Shown: positions 42,535 through 52,622, counted from the first letter of the stretch. The stretch is DNA of 64,000 bases from a virus (IMGVR_UViG_3300024272_002379); one strand, 5' to 3'. Translations and numbers: made by a program. The notes: a model not told the origin generated them from the letters alone.

Positions 42535-42873
42535 ATGTATATTATGGATGAAAGATTTGTTGCTATTATTGTATCTGCTATTATCGCTATTATATTTGCT
42601 TTAATATATCAGAGTATTGAAGATGCTTTCTTTACTGTGAAATATGATGAAGAAAATGATGAGGATGATACAGTAGAATACGAATTCATTGATGAAGACC
42701 TTTATCCTGGTTGTTTTGTTTATGACACTATTACAGGAGAAATCGTACAATACACTGGTGTTCATCTGGGTGAAGACAATAATAATTACGCTACCTGTGT
42801 ATCTATGAAAGATAATACAGTTCGCTATTATTATTGTTTATTTGAAACTATATTACATGTAAGACAGAAGTGA
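42535..42873 (+). CDS. small protein with N-terminal TM helix
   Basis: FVAIIVSAIIAIIFALIY; GGAGG SD. Confidence 0.6.
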   Translation: MYIMDERFVAIIVSAIIAIIFALIYQSIEDAFFTVKYDEENDEDDTVEYEFIDEDLYPGCFVYDTITGEIVQYTGVHLGEDNNNYATCVSMKDNTVRYYYCLFETILHVRQK

Positions 42874-42915
42874 TGAGCTGTCTTTAAAGAAAAAACGAAA
42901 GGTTGGTATACTATT

Positions 42916-45900
42916 ATGACAAACATTAATTTTGAAGATTTAAAGGTAACTGAATTGAAAGAGCTTTGCAGAAAGGCTAACATTAAAGGCTATTCTCGTA
43001 TGAAGAAAGCTGAACTCGTTGATGCTCTCAATAATAATAAAGAGGCTAAGAAAGTTATTCTTAATGAGGCTAAGACATTTGCTAAAAATGAATTAGGACG
43101 TGACTTTGGTAAAGCTGTATCTTTCTGGAAACAGTTACGTAGCATTAAATTCATGACTGCTAACGACTATACTGAAATGGTTGATAACTGGAAAATCCTT
43201 ATCAGTTTATTCCATATCGCTGAAGTTGACGGTACTCAGAATCGTGCTTTAACCGACTCTCTTATGGGTACTGCTGAATCTCTTCGTGATATCTTCTGTC
43301 CTGGAACTGATATCAGTGGTTATTCTGATGACGAACTTAAAGAGTTTATCGAATCATCAATCGAAGAGTTTTCATTATCTGTATTCTCTAAACGCTTAAA
43401 GAAAGAGAATACTGAAATCATTAAAATGAGCATGGACCATATTTCATTTAATGACCAGGGATTGGCATACTTTGACTCTACTAAAGCATCTAAATTCACT
43501 GGCAAAGAGGTTAGAGCTCATAAAACTGATATGCGTATCGTGGAATCATCTGAAGACGGTATCTCTCGTATGCTTATGAGCAGAGGATTATCATCTATCA
43601 CTGTATTTATGGGTAAAACTGCTCAGAAAGAAGAAGAGATGAAACTCATTAATGACTGTAAGAGAAACATCTTCAAAAATGGTTTTGTTGACATCTCTAC
43701 TGGCAAGCATTATATGTTCGCATTCCAGAATCCATCATCATGTCGTAAATCTAACTTCATGTTTGTTGAGGCAAACGACTGGAATGAAGTAGTTTCATTA
43801 TGGCTTGAGATTACTGGTCTTAAGACATGGGAAGAATTCCAGCGTGCATTCTTTGATGATGAGGGTAAAGTAGTTATGGCTAAGTTATTGGCTAGAATTT
43901 CTACTAGAGGTTCTAACTCATTTAACTTATCAAAGATTAGTCCTGTGTGGGCTGATAAGATTGCGAAATCTAATATCAGATATTGTAAAGACCCATCATG
44001 GACAATTAAGAGACCTTTCAAAACAATGAAAGGACCTGGTTGTATGGAAATGCAGGAAGACGTTGAACGTACAGTTACTCCTGGTGACGGTCAGATGATT
44101 GGCTCATTTGAATTCCATGCTCTTATGGCAGTTGCTTTAAGAGTTATCTCAGAGAATGAATACAATGAGTTCTCTATGTTATGGGAGAAAGCCAATAAGG
44201 ACGTTAAGAATGTAAAAGAGGGTTCTCGTCTTTACAAACTTATTAAGAAAATCCCAGGTGTATTCCAGCTTCGTCATGGTGAAAAGAAAGGTATCTGTGT
44301 AAGATACAATATTGAGGCTATTGATGAACTTAAGGATGTAAATGCTATCGTACCAGACAGTGTTCGTAAGTTCGTAGCTGGTGAATGGGATGAGTTCCCA
44401 TTGGAAATTTGTAATTATATCAAGAAGAAAGACCAGTGGGTAGCTTTAAATCCACAGTTCATTCAGGCTCTTGAATATGAAAATCCAAATGCTTTATTAC
44501 CTATTGTTAAGTTCTGGTTTGATTACATGAAAGACTCTCTCAGCGATATTGCTAAAGCTCAGCAGTTCCATGGTATTATTAAGAACTCTGATGATGAGGA
44601 GAATAAAACAATTGCTGGTAATCTTGTTACAGCTATGCGTACTTCATCTGATTTAATTGATGATGCACAGATTTGTAACTGGAGAAAAGACCAGTATCGT
44701 AAATTCATTTCTGATATGAAAATCGGTAGAATATTAGTTCCTGGTCAGTATACTTATATGGTATGTGACCCAGCATTCATTATCAATCAGGTATTTGGTC
44801 TCGATTTACCTCATCTTGCAGAGGGTGAATATTACCACAATGGTAAAGAATGTGAATGTGGATTATTCAGAAGTCCATTAATTCATCCAAGTGAGGCTCA
44901 GAGAGTTAAGTTATCTAACAATGAGGCTTATTGGTACATGCAGGATGTAATCGTCTTTAATGGTAAAGACGGTGCATGGGATAGAATGTCTGGGGCAGAT
45001 TTTGATGGAGATACCTGTGCTGTTATCACAAACGACACTGATTTTGGTAAGATTGTTGTTGACGGTATCAGACAATTATCATTTGATATCTGGGAAGAGG
45101 CACAGAAAGCTGTAAAGAAACCATTTAATATGGATAACTTTATTGAACATCTTGTAACTTCTGCTAAAGTTGATAGAACTGGTGTTATTACCAATTATGC
45201 TTCTAAAGCATTGGATATTAGTAATCATTTAAAGAGTGCTGTATACTTTGCTAAGTTATTAGGCTGTGAGAATATCACATTAATTCACCCACAGGCATTT
45301 GGTGAAAAGCTCGGTAGTGATTTCCAGCCTAAGACTGGTATTATTGATGGTGTGAAGACATTCATGCTCAAAGGATTTGTTGAGGCTAAATATAATTCAC
45401 AGACAAGACGTGTTGAATTTGCAGACACTGGTTTTGTTGGTACATTTGATTTCGATAAAATCCTTGAAATTGCAGATAATTATCTTAACCTTGTAGAGAT
45501 TTTAAGAATCTTACAGGGTAGAGAGATTGATGGTGCTAAGACTGGTGTATATGCAGAGGGTGTATCTGGTAATGACTTCATTGATGCTGTTAAGATTAAA
45601 TTCACTCCTCATGAAATGATTGTACGTCAGGAAACATTGGATAGAGAAGTTGCTTTATCTTCTAAATGTAATGAGTATTGGTCATTATCTCCTCTTGCAC
45701 GTATTCATGATTATGTAGTAATGCATGAAAATGAGATTATGGACTATTTAACAAATGGTTCTAATAAAATCTTCTTACTTCAGTCATTACTTACAGATGA
45801 GGAAGCTAATGCAATGAATACACCATATTTAATGCAGGATGGTAGTTATAAAACTCTTATTGACATTATGGCTATTCGTAAGAAAGCATATAACTCTAAG

Positions 45901-46650
45901 ATTTATGACACTATGAAGAATCTTACAGGTGATGATGCTTCTAATACTTTGAAAGAAATCAAAGATGTTGAGGTTGATGACTTGAATGAATTAGCTACAG
46001 CATTAAATATCAGCACCGAAATCGTAGCTGTTGCAGGCTATATTGCAACATACACTAAAGACAGTAAGCAGGGCGAGGGCTTGACATATGCATGGTTATT
46101 ATTCGATGAATTATTATCAGTATTTAGCCGTGGCAACAAGAAATTTGAGCTTTTCAGATTACCTTCTTCTGTTGAGAATGCTTATATTGAAAATAAGGTT
46201 CTCTATGTCAATGGGAACAAATACATCAACATTAATGCAAATGATTGCAATAACGTTGTAATTCAGGTAATTAATGGTAGACCTTACGGTTTAATCCACA
46301 AGCTTGTGGATAAAGTAGCATCTCCTAGAAAGAGCAACGTTACTTATGGTAGTGCAGTATATACTATTGGTACTTTAGGATTTAAATATCACATTGTAAG
46401 TGAGAATCCTAAAGATGAGTGGAAGAAACTTGTCAAAGAAAATGGTTATGTATTCGACATTACTATGGATGCTACAAATCGTGCAGTTATCAGCATTAAT
46501 GGCAAATCTATTTCTGCTCTTATGAGTGTTGGTGCAAGCTTTGACTTAATGAATAAGAAAGTTAAACTTGTAAATGATATGCAGAATCCTATTAAGGAAA
46601 CAAATGCATCTATTACAAATCTTGCTGTTATTATCATTGGCGAGGCTTAA
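42916..46650 (+). CDS. single-subunit two-barrel RNA polymerase (cellular RdRP / SPbeta YonO family) with N-terminal Rho_N-like domain
   Basis: catalytic MSGADFDGD (44986-45012); RdRP-family motifs TPGDGQMIGS, PGVFQLRHGEKKG, LNPQFIQALE, FRSPLIHPSE; N-terminal LKVTELKELCRKANIKGYSRMKKAELVDAL. Confidence 0.88.
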   Translation: MTNINFEDLKVTELKELCRKANIKGYSRMKKAELVDALNNNKEAKKVILNEAKTFAKNELGRDFGKAVSFWKQLRSIKFMTANDYTEMVDNWKILISLFHIAEVDGTQNRALTDSLMGTAESLRDIFCPGTDISGYSDDELKEFIESSIEEFSLSVFSKRLKKENTEIIKMSMDHISFNDQGLAYFDSTKASKFTGKEVRAHKTDMRIVESSEDGISRMLMSRGLSSITVFMGKTAQKEEEMKLINDCKRNIFKNGFVDISTGKHYMFAFQNPSSCRKSNFMFVEANDWNEVVSLWLEITGLKTWEEFQRAFFDDEGKVVMAKLLARISTRGSNSFNLSKISPVWADKIAKSNIRYCKDPSWTIKRPFKTMKGPGCMEMQEDVERTVTPGDGQMIGSFEFHALMAVALRVISENEYNEFSMLWEKANKDVKNVKEGSRLYKLIKKIPGVFQLRHGEKKGICVRYNIEAIDELKDVNAIVPDSVRKFVAGEWDEFPLEICNYIKKKDQWVALNPQFIQALEYENPNALLPIVKFWFDYMKDSLSDIAKAQQFHGIIKNSDDEENKTIAGNLVTAMRTSSDLIDDAQICNWRKDQYRKFISDMKIGRILVPGQYTYMVCDPAFIINQVFGLDLPHLAEGEYYHNGKECECGLFRSPLIHPSEAQRVKLSNNEAYWYMQDVIVFNGKDGAWDRMSGADFDGDTCAVITNDTDFGKIVVDGIRQLSFDIWEEAQKAVKKPFNMDNFIEHLVTSAKVDRTGVITNYASKALDISNHLKSAVYFAKLLGCENITLIHPQAFGEKLGSDFQPKTGIIDGVKTFMLKGFVEAKYNSQTRRVEFADTGFVGTFDFDKILEIADNYLNLVEILRILQGREIDGAKTGVYAEGVSGNDFIDAVKIKFTPHEMIVRQETLDREVALSSKCNEYWSLSPLARIHDYVVMHENEIMDYLTNGSNKIFLLQSLLTDEEANAMNTPYLMQDGSYKTLIDIMAIRKKAYNSKIYDTMKNLTGDDASNTLKEIKDVEVDDLNELATALNISTEIVAVAGYIATYTKDSKQGEGLTYAWLLFDELLSVFSRGNKKFELFRLPSSVENAYIENKVLYVNGNKYININANDCNNVVIQVINGRPYGLIHKLVDKVASPRKSNVTYGSAVYTIGTLGFKYHIVSENPKDEWKKLVKENGYVFDITMDATNRAVISINGKSISALMSVGASFDLMNKKVKLVNDMQNPIKETNASITNLAVIIIGEA

Positions 46651-46724
46651 TAATAATTATACTCCCTGTACTGCTAACGCAGTATGGGGAGTATTTGATT
46701 TTATGAAAGGAATGGTAAATAATT

Positions 46725-46988
46725 ATGAGAAGAAGAGTTGAAAATGACAAAATGGCATGTGGAAGAATGAAAGAAGATTACTTTAAGAGTTGCAGAAATC
46801 CAGATTACACATGGAAAAGTAATCGTCTTGTATTTACTGGAATTAAGTTTTTCTGGCACAGAAACAAACCAGTAATACACATTCATTATGAAATTGTATG
46901 TAGAAAATGTGGTCACACAAGACAGTCAGGTAATTGCTTTGGATTGCCAGTCATTAAAGAATTAATCACAGGTAAAATATGTTTTTAA
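46725..46988 (+). CDS. small Cys/His protein
   Basis: 87 aa, CRKCGH motif. Confidence 0.55.
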   Translation: MRRRVENDKMACGRMKEDYFKSCRNPDYTWKSNRLVFTGIKFFWHRNKPVIHIHYEIVCRKCGHTRQSGNCFGLPVIKELITGKICF

Positions 46989-47000
46989 GGAGATGATTAT

Positions 47001-47813
47001 ATGATTACATTAGGCTCTTTTAAAGATATTTCAGATGAATATGATGAGGTATGGCTTATTGTACGTTCATTACAAAATACTCCATATGTTCCAAATACAA
47101 GTGTTTATCACGTTCCAGCATTAAGTCCATCGCCAGAATTGTTTCAAGATTATCTGGCATGGAGAGATGCTGGTATGTGGAATAAAGATATGTTTGAGAA
47201 ACGATATAAGCCACGTTTCTTAGAAGAAATGAAAAATATGATAGCTAAATGTGCATTAAACACACTGAAAAAACGCAGTAAGGATAAGCATATTCTACTT
47301 GCTTGTTATTGTAGAGATGAGGAAATGTGTCATAGAAGTCTTGTTTACCAATTGGTACAAGAAATGCAAGAAACATTTTATTTATTAATAGCAGGTTCTC
47401 GTGAATATGTTAATTATAATGAAATGTGTAAGGTTACTGATTTCTTGCTAAAGAATCAGGTTGCACAGAACAAACGCATTGTGATTGTATCTGGAGGTGC
47501 AAGAGGTGCTGATGCAATGGCAGAAAGATATGCAAAAGAAAGAGGATACCATTGTGAAGTATTTCCTGCTAAATGGTATAAAGATGACGGTAGCTATGAT
47601 AAAAGTGCTGGCTATCGCCGTAATGAAGATATGCATTTATTCTTAGCTGGCCCTTCGGACAAGGAAAGAGGTTGTGTCTGTTTCTGGGATATGACTTCAA
47701 AAGGAACTAAACATAATTTTAGTCTTTCTGTTAAATACGGTAATCCATTAAGAGTTTACGACGTTATTAATCACAGGTTCTTGTCAGAGGAAGAGGTAAA
47801 GCAGTACTCCTAG
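47001..47813 (+). CDS. DUF488 domain fused to YspA/SLOG-family domain
   Basis: N-terminal LSPSPELF...LLACYCRDEEMCHRSLV; C-terminal IAGSR, IVSGGARGADAMAERYA, FPAKW, AGYRRNEDM, FWDMTSKGT. Confidence 0.8.
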   Translation: MITLGSFKDISDEYDEVWLIVRSLQNTPYVPNTSVYHVPALSPSPELFQDYLAWRDAGMWNKDMFEKRYKPRFLEEMKNMIAKCALNTLKKRSKDKHILLACYCRDEEMCHRSLVYQLVQEMQETFYLLIAGSREYVNYNEMCKVTDFLLKNQVAQNKRIVIVSGGARGADAMAERYAKERGYHCEVFPAKWYKDDGSYDKSAGYRRNEDMHLFLAGPSDKERGCVCFWDMTSKGTKHNFSLSVKYGNPLRVYDVINHRFLSEEEVKQYS

Positions 47814-47877
47814 CGGAGTACAATTGGAATAAAAACCACCATCCTTTCTTTTACTACAGGGACTCATCATCCCTTAC

Positions 47878-47910
47878 GGGCTGAGCTAATGCTCAGCCCT
47901 CTATTTTTTT
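47878..47910 (+). terminator. intrinsic terminator
   Basis: GGGCTGAGC-TAAT-GCTCAGCCC then TCTATTTTTT. Confidence 0.55.
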
Positions 47911-47956
47911 AATCAGATTTAATTCGACGTGGCTTTTATACCAGATTGGAGGTTTT

Positions 47957-48223
47957 ATGGAGTACAATAACAGAACTCAATATTATAAAGGAGTTCCTAT
48001 TAAATTAATTATATATACTGAAAAGCATTTTGCACGTTTAAAAGCTAAACGCTTTATATTAGGAGACCCAAAAGCTCATCAAAATATTTGGATACCTAAT
48101 CAATACTTAGAACCTAATGGTTCATTAAAACCTGGTGTCGATATAGATTTCATTTTTAAAAAAGCATATCAGCAAAAGAAATTCTATTACGCACGTATCA
48201 ATATTAATCCAATGTTATGGTAG
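47957..48223 (+). CDS. hypothetical protein
   Basis: 88 aa, GGAGG SD. Confidence 0.65.
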   Translation: MEYNNRTQYYKGVPIKLIIYTEKHFARLKAKRFILGDPKAHQNIWIPNQYLEPNGSLKPGVDIDFIFKKAYQQKKFYYARININPMLW

Positions 48224-48231
48224 GAGGAATC

Positions 48232-48384
48232 ATGAAAAAGTATAGAATAAAATACAAAGAATACATATCAAAAGAAATTCACTATGCAGAAATTATTGCA
48301 GAATGTAGTCAAGATGCAGTTGATATTTTCTTTGATAATTATAGTGGAATGTTTTTAGACATAGAATTTGTAGACTACGTATAG
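48232..48384 (+). CDS. small protein, 50 aa (not in ORF track)
   Basis: AGGAGG SD; MKKYRIKYKEY... Confidence 0.6.
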   Translation: MKKYRIKYKEYISKEIHYAEIIAECSQDAVDIFFDNYSGMFLDIEFVDYV

Positions 48385-48396
48385 GAGGTATATATA

Positions 48397-48561
48397 ATGA
48401 GTCCAAAAGTAAGAATTAGACCATTTGCAAATATAAATTTATGTAGCAAATGCGGTTGTCCAGTACCACGATTAGGCGTATCTTTACGTACAGATTTTGG
48501 TAGTGTTGCTACTAAGACACCATTTATTTGTCCTAAATGCAAAAAGAAAAAGAAGAGGTGA
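48397..48561 (+). CDS. small zinc-ribbon protein, 54 aa (not in ORF track)
   Basis: AGGAGGT SD; CSKC...CPKC and poly-Lys tail. Confidence 0.65.
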   Translation: MSPKVRIRPFANINLCSKCGCPVPRLGVSLRTDFGSVATKTPFICPKCKKKKKR

Positions 48562-48565
48562 TATT

Positions 48566-48907
48566 ATGTTAGATAAAGACAAAGTTATAGAAAAAATGTC
48601 AGAATGTGATTTCACAGTTGCATCTTATAGCATGGGACCTAACGATACCATTAAAGCAATTCATTTTCAATCAGAACCATTTATCAGAAGAGGAAAGGTT
48701 CTTATTCCTTCTTTTGGTTGCAATATCTATCTTGAAGAAGATGAATTTGAATTTAAATATATTGTACCTGGTTCCATAAACATATTATGTACTCCTAAAT
48801 GTAGTTCATTCGAAAGTATGAATGGAGACCATTTTAAAAGAATATACGTAAAGTTTGAAGACCAAGTACGAATACTTTATAGAGCTTTTGGAGGAGATTA
48901 TGCTTGA
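48566..48907 (+). CDS. hypothetical protein (start revised)
   Basis: GAGGTG SD before ATG 48566. Confidence 0.6.
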   Translation: MLDKDKVIEKMSECDFTVASYSMGPNDTIKAIHFQSEPFIRRGKVLIPSFGCNIYLEEDEFEFKYIVPGSINILCTPKCSSFESMNGDHFKRIYVKFEDQVRILYRAFGGDYA

Positions 48908-49379
48908 ATTAAGAGGTAATTATGACATATTTGATTTGCCACAGAACGGCGAGGCTATGTGTGTTACCACTAATGGCATTGTTAAAGCAGACGGTCATGC
49001 CGTTATGGGTGCAGGAATTGCTAAGCAAGCAAATGAAAAGTTTAACATATCAGCACGATTAGGTCAGTATCTTACACAGTACGGCAATCGTGCTTTTAAT
49101 ATGGGTAAATTTTCAAATGGTTCCAGGTGTTTTACTGTTTTTACATTGCCTACAAAACATGATTGGAAACAAGATAGTGATATTACTCTTATCTGTAAAT
49201 CATGCGAACAACTTGTGGAAATGTGTGATAAGTTTGGCATTACCAAATGTTATCTTACGCCACCAGGTTGTGCAAATGGTCATCTTAATTATGAACGACT
49301 TGTCAAACCATGGATATCCATGATACTTGATGACAGATTTATAGTAGTTGATAATCGCACTAGCTTTAAAATATGTTAG
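48900..49379 (+). CDS. macrodomain (ADP-ribose-binding/hydrolase) protein
   Basis: VTTNG...VMGAGIAKQA, LPTKHDWKQDS, PPGCANGHL macro-domain motifs. Confidence 0.8.
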   Translation: MLELRGNYDIFDLPQNGEAMCVTTNGIVKADGHAVMGAGIAKQANEKFNISARLGQYLTQYGNRAFNMGKFSNGSRCFTVFTLPTKHDWKQDSDITLICKSCEQLVEMCDKFGITKCYLTPPGCANGHLNYERLVKPWISMILDDRFIVVDNRTSFKIC

Positions 49380-49448
49380 CAATGCCCCTATCGGGGCATT
49401 TGCGAAATAAACATAATATTTTACACAAACAATGAGGGAGGTATAATA

Positions 49449-49607
49449 ATGGCTCATCCAAACATCGCTGTTGCCATGGTTGTGGAATACATAGTCACAA
49501 GTGGTTTGTACAGCTTCAAATCATTAGCTGAAGAGACTCAGCAGAAACTTATAGGTGCATATGGAGCAGATTTTGAAAAAGAAGTTAATGCACAATTAGC
49601 ACTGTAA
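49449..49607 (+). CDS. small protein, 52 aa (not in ORF track)
   Basis: GGGAGGT SD; MAHPNIAVAMVV... Confidence 0.6.
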   Translation: MAHPNIAVAMVVEYIVTSGLYSFKSLAEETQQKLIGAYGADFEKEVNAQLAL

Positions 49608-49621
49608 AACCCAGAGGAGGT

Positions 49622-50101
49622 ATGAATATGTCATTTGGTGTTATACCAGAAGTAATTGACTGTCCTCAATGCAGATTTCCAGCTCACAAAGACGATTATC
49701 ATGTCGTTGGTGAAGAAAGAGTAGTCTGTAACTGGTGTGGGTACACCCATACGAAAAGTGCAAGCGGAACAGAATCAAGTAGAGGATATGGAAGTATTCA
49801 TTACACTCCTAAAAACGAATCTACAAATGGTTCCAATCAAACGGAGAATATTGTCCGTCTTAAAAATCCGTTGGACTTAGTAGGTAGACATAAAACCATT
49901 ATGGAAATAGAAAAAGACTTTGATATTAACAATTCTTCATTCTATGTATGGAATGAAGAAACGCAAAGTCTTGAATGTCTAATCGGAAAGTTACCCAGAA
50001 CCATAGACGAGGAATACGAGGAACGCAAGCAAGAAATTCAATATGAAATTGAAATGCGTTACACTCAAGGAATAAACTTATCAGACTGTAAAGATTTTTA
50101 A
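49622..50101 (+). CDS. zinc-ribbon hypothetical protein
   Basis: CPQC...CNWC. Confidence 0.65.
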   Translation: MNMSFGVIPEVIDCPQCRFPAHKDDYHVVGEERVVCNWCGYTHTKSASGTESSRGYGSIHYTPKNESTNGSNQTENIVRLKNPLDLVGRHKTIMEIEKDFDINNSSFYVWNEETQSLECLIGKLPRTIDEEYEERKQEIQYEIEMRYTQGINLSDCKDF

Positions 50102-50170
50102 ATCACTTATCGTGACTATGTAACAGGTCTACCGACCTAATTAAAATTCTTTACTATCAAGGAGGTTAAC

Positions 50171-50623
50171 ATGGAGAATGTAAAAGTATTAAACGTACAG
50201 GTTGAGCCTGCTAACGCAAGTACAGAAGATTTGCGTAAAACAGTTGAGGCTACAGCCCAAGCAGTAAAGGAAAGTCTTGATAGCTTTTCAGATGAAGTTC
50301 CAACAGAATCAGAAGAGACTAAAGCAAGAAATTTCCTAAATATGTTCACTGATTATATCAAAGGAGAATCATTCAAGAAAGATATCAATGATACAGCAAA
50401 GAAATATGGTGTTCCACCTAAAAAGCTTGCTGAAAATTTCTTTGAGAAAGCATTAGGCACAGTTGGTGACGTATTAGGTATCGCAATCGGAACTGTTGGT
50501 AACGCAGGTCATACACTTATTGATATTCTTGCAACCATTGCTCATGGTGCTGTTAATGTAATTATTAGTGTAGCTAACGCATTAGCAAGACTTGTTACTT
50601 TCAACAAAACATGTATTGCTTAA
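50171..50623 (+). CDS. hypothetical protein with amphipathic C-terminal helices
   Basis: 150 aa, AAGGAGGT SD. Confidence 0.65.
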   Translation: MENVKVLNVQVEPANASTEDLRKTVEATAQAVKESLDSFSDEVPTESEETKARNFLNMFTDYIKGESFKKDINDTAKKYGVPPKKLAENFFEKALGTVGDVLGIAIGTVGNAGHTLIDILATIAHGAVNVIISVANALARLVTFNKTCIA

Positions 50624-50770
50624 TAAAGAGGCAAGCCCCTATCGGGGCTTAGATGAATAGCAATATTCAAAACACCGTGCCTATCGGCACGACAATAGAG
50701 TGGTCTAGCCTGTTCCACTTTAATATTACGGGTTTAACTATTAATCGTTTTTCCAAAAGGAGGAAATTTT

Positions 50771-51460
50771 ATGAAGACATCAGTTTTAGACGCAAGAACA
50801 GTAGCTATTGTTAGAGACCTTGAAGTAAAACAGGTACAGGGAGCAAATGGTACATTTGAAAGCAAAAGCATCCTTATGCGTATCGCTGTAGACCGTGACT
50901 ATAAAGTTACACGTACAGAAAACGGTAAAACAATTAGCGAATATCCAACAGATTTCTGGTTAGCAAAAGCTACAGGTAATGTTGCTCAGGCAATTTCTGA
51001 TTATTGCACAGCTAAGAAAGAAGACGGCAAACTTGTTTCTCGTCACTTATTACTTTCTGGTAGCTTTGAAACATATCAGAAGAATCGTAACGTAAAAGAA
51101 ACAGTTCAGGTTAACATCAATGGACAGCTTTACAACATCGCTGTTGATTTACAGGTTCCAGACGTTAATACAATTTTCATGATTGACGAGTTCAAGTTCC
51201 TTGACCGCAATCCAGAAAACGTAGGAACAACAGCAACACCAGTGGCTACAGCTTCTGTTACACCTGTTGCTACCCCAGTAACACCTGTTGCTCAGCCAGC
51301 TATGACAACACCAGTTGCACAGCCAGTAGCAGTAGCACCAGTGGCACAGCCAGTTGCAACAATTCCTGTTGCTCAGCCTGCTGTAGATATGGGAGCAACT
51401 ATGAACCCACCAGTTGTAGATAGTAACTTTACACCTGCTGGACAGACAGCTCCGTTCTAA
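50771..51460 (+). CDS. ssb: single-stranded DNA-binding protein
   Basis: OB-fold motifs RIAVDRDY, TDFWLAKATG..A; long PVAQ/PVAT linker; C-terminal APF. Confidence 0.75.
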   Translation: MKTSVLDARTVAIVRDLEVKQVQGANGTFESKSILMRIAVDRDYKVTRTENGKTISEYPTDFWLAKATGNVAQAISDYCTAKKEDGKLVSRHLLLSGSFETYQKNRNVKETVQVNINGQLYNIAVDLQVPDVNTIFMIDEFKFLDRNPENVGTTATPVATASVTPVATPVTPVAQPAMTTPVAQPVAVAPVAQPVATIPVAQPAVDMGATMNPPVVDSNFTPAGQTAPF

Positions 51461-51473
51461 GATTTAAGTATCA

Positions 51474-51514
51474 CCCCTCTCCTAGTGAATTGCTAGGAGA
51501 GGGATTTACTTTTT
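51474..51514 (+). terminator. intrinsic terminator after ssb
   Basis: CCCTCTCCTAG...CTAGGAGAGGG plus T-rich tail. Confidence 0.65.
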
Positions 51515-51527
51515 ATGTAATATCATG

Positions 51528-51556
51528 TTGCACTTCTTTTTTCCTTAGGATATAAT
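51528..51556 (+). promoter_or_regulatory. SigA-type promoter
   Basis: TTGCAC-17-TATAAT. Confidence 0.7.
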
Positions 51557-51579
51557 AATCACTAGAAAGAGGTGATATT

Positions 51580-52098
51580 ATGAATCCTATTAACATCGAA
51601 GAGGCTCTTGAAAAAGATGAAAACATTCAGGCTGGAATGAACGAGTACAAAGCAATGGAACAAAAAGCAAATAGCGTTGCAGAAGAAATATCTTCTACAC
51701 TAATTGAATCTATTGTTAAAGAAGAGGGAAAATTTAATATCAGTACGGCTATTTTAGCAGTTGCTAAATCCTTATCTCATTTAACTTCTTACATGTATGA
51801 TACTGAAGAAGAATTTTTAATTGACGTTAAGAAAGCAAGAACAGCTACTGTATCTGATATCATACCAGCTTTACTTGACCCACAACCATGTGGAAATTGT
51901 GAAGATTGTAAAAATGGTGACCCATTAGATTGTCAGAATCCAGTTGTTAGAGGTGACTATACAACTAGCAGATTTCTACCAATTCTTTGTAATATGATAA
52001 TTGAGTATGACTTATTCAATAAGATATTACATATGCATACGGTAGGTAAGGAGACAAATCTCGACGAGGCTTCTATAAAAGAAAGTGAGGAAAGCTAA
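51580..52098 (+). CDS. hypothetical protein with Cys cluster
   Basis: CGNCEDC...C. Confidence 0.65.
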   Translation: MNPINIEEALEKDENIQAGMNEYKAMEQKANSVAEEISSTLIESIVKEEGKFNISTAILAVAKSLSHLTSYMYDTEEEFLIDVKKARTATVSDIIPALLDPQPCGNCEDCKNGDPLDCQNPVVRGDYTTSRFLPILCNMIIEYDLFNKILHMHTVGKETNLDEASIKESEES

Positions 52099-52099
52099 A

Positions 52100-52597
52100 A
52101 TGGCAATTTCAGAAACATATTACAGCGAAATGGAAAAACAGCGTAAAGGTTATCTTGATATCAATGCTTACGATTTTTATTTTAATAAGATGCGTCCTTT
52201 CTTAGAGGATATACTTATGAAATGTCGTACAGATGAGGAGCTTACAAGAACAATTTACAAAGTAATGAATGCAAGCGACTCATTCTGTCAGAGAAAGCAA
52301 TATGATTTACTTGCGGAATCATTTGATGTGCTCGAAGTAGCTATTACAGATAAGAATTACTTCAATGGAGTTATGAAAAAAGCTCCAGAATCAGAAAAAG
52401 AAATGGTACGTGAACTTATCGGTAAAATTGCTGATTTACGCATGATTATTAAATGTGAACCAAAGCAGGAACCAGAAGAAAAAGCTACCAAAGACAGAAT
52501 CGGTTATTCCCCTATCGGGGAAAATGAGGATTACTCTCACAGAAACATGGCTACATTAAATGAGCCTACTCCAAAGAGACGAATCCCAAACGTATAA
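52100..52597 (+). CDS. hypothetical protein (start revised)
   Basis: GAGG SD before ATG 52100. Confidence 0.6.
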   Translation: MAISETYYSEMEKQRKGYLDINAYDFYFNKMRPFLEDILMKCRTDEELTRTIYKVMNASDSFCQRKQYDLLAESFDVLEVAITDKNYFNGVMKKAPESEKEMVRELIGKIADLRMIIKCEPKQEPEEKATKDRIGYSPIGENEDYSHRNMATLNEPTPKRRIPNV

Positions 52598-52622
52598 TAA
52601 AAGAATAAGGAGTAAACGAACT

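Noticed and set aside
51230-51380. repeats in ssb as CRISPR or VNTR element
   Set aside because: In-frame PVAQ/PVAT low-complexity linker, no spacers; no CRISPR array seen in the window
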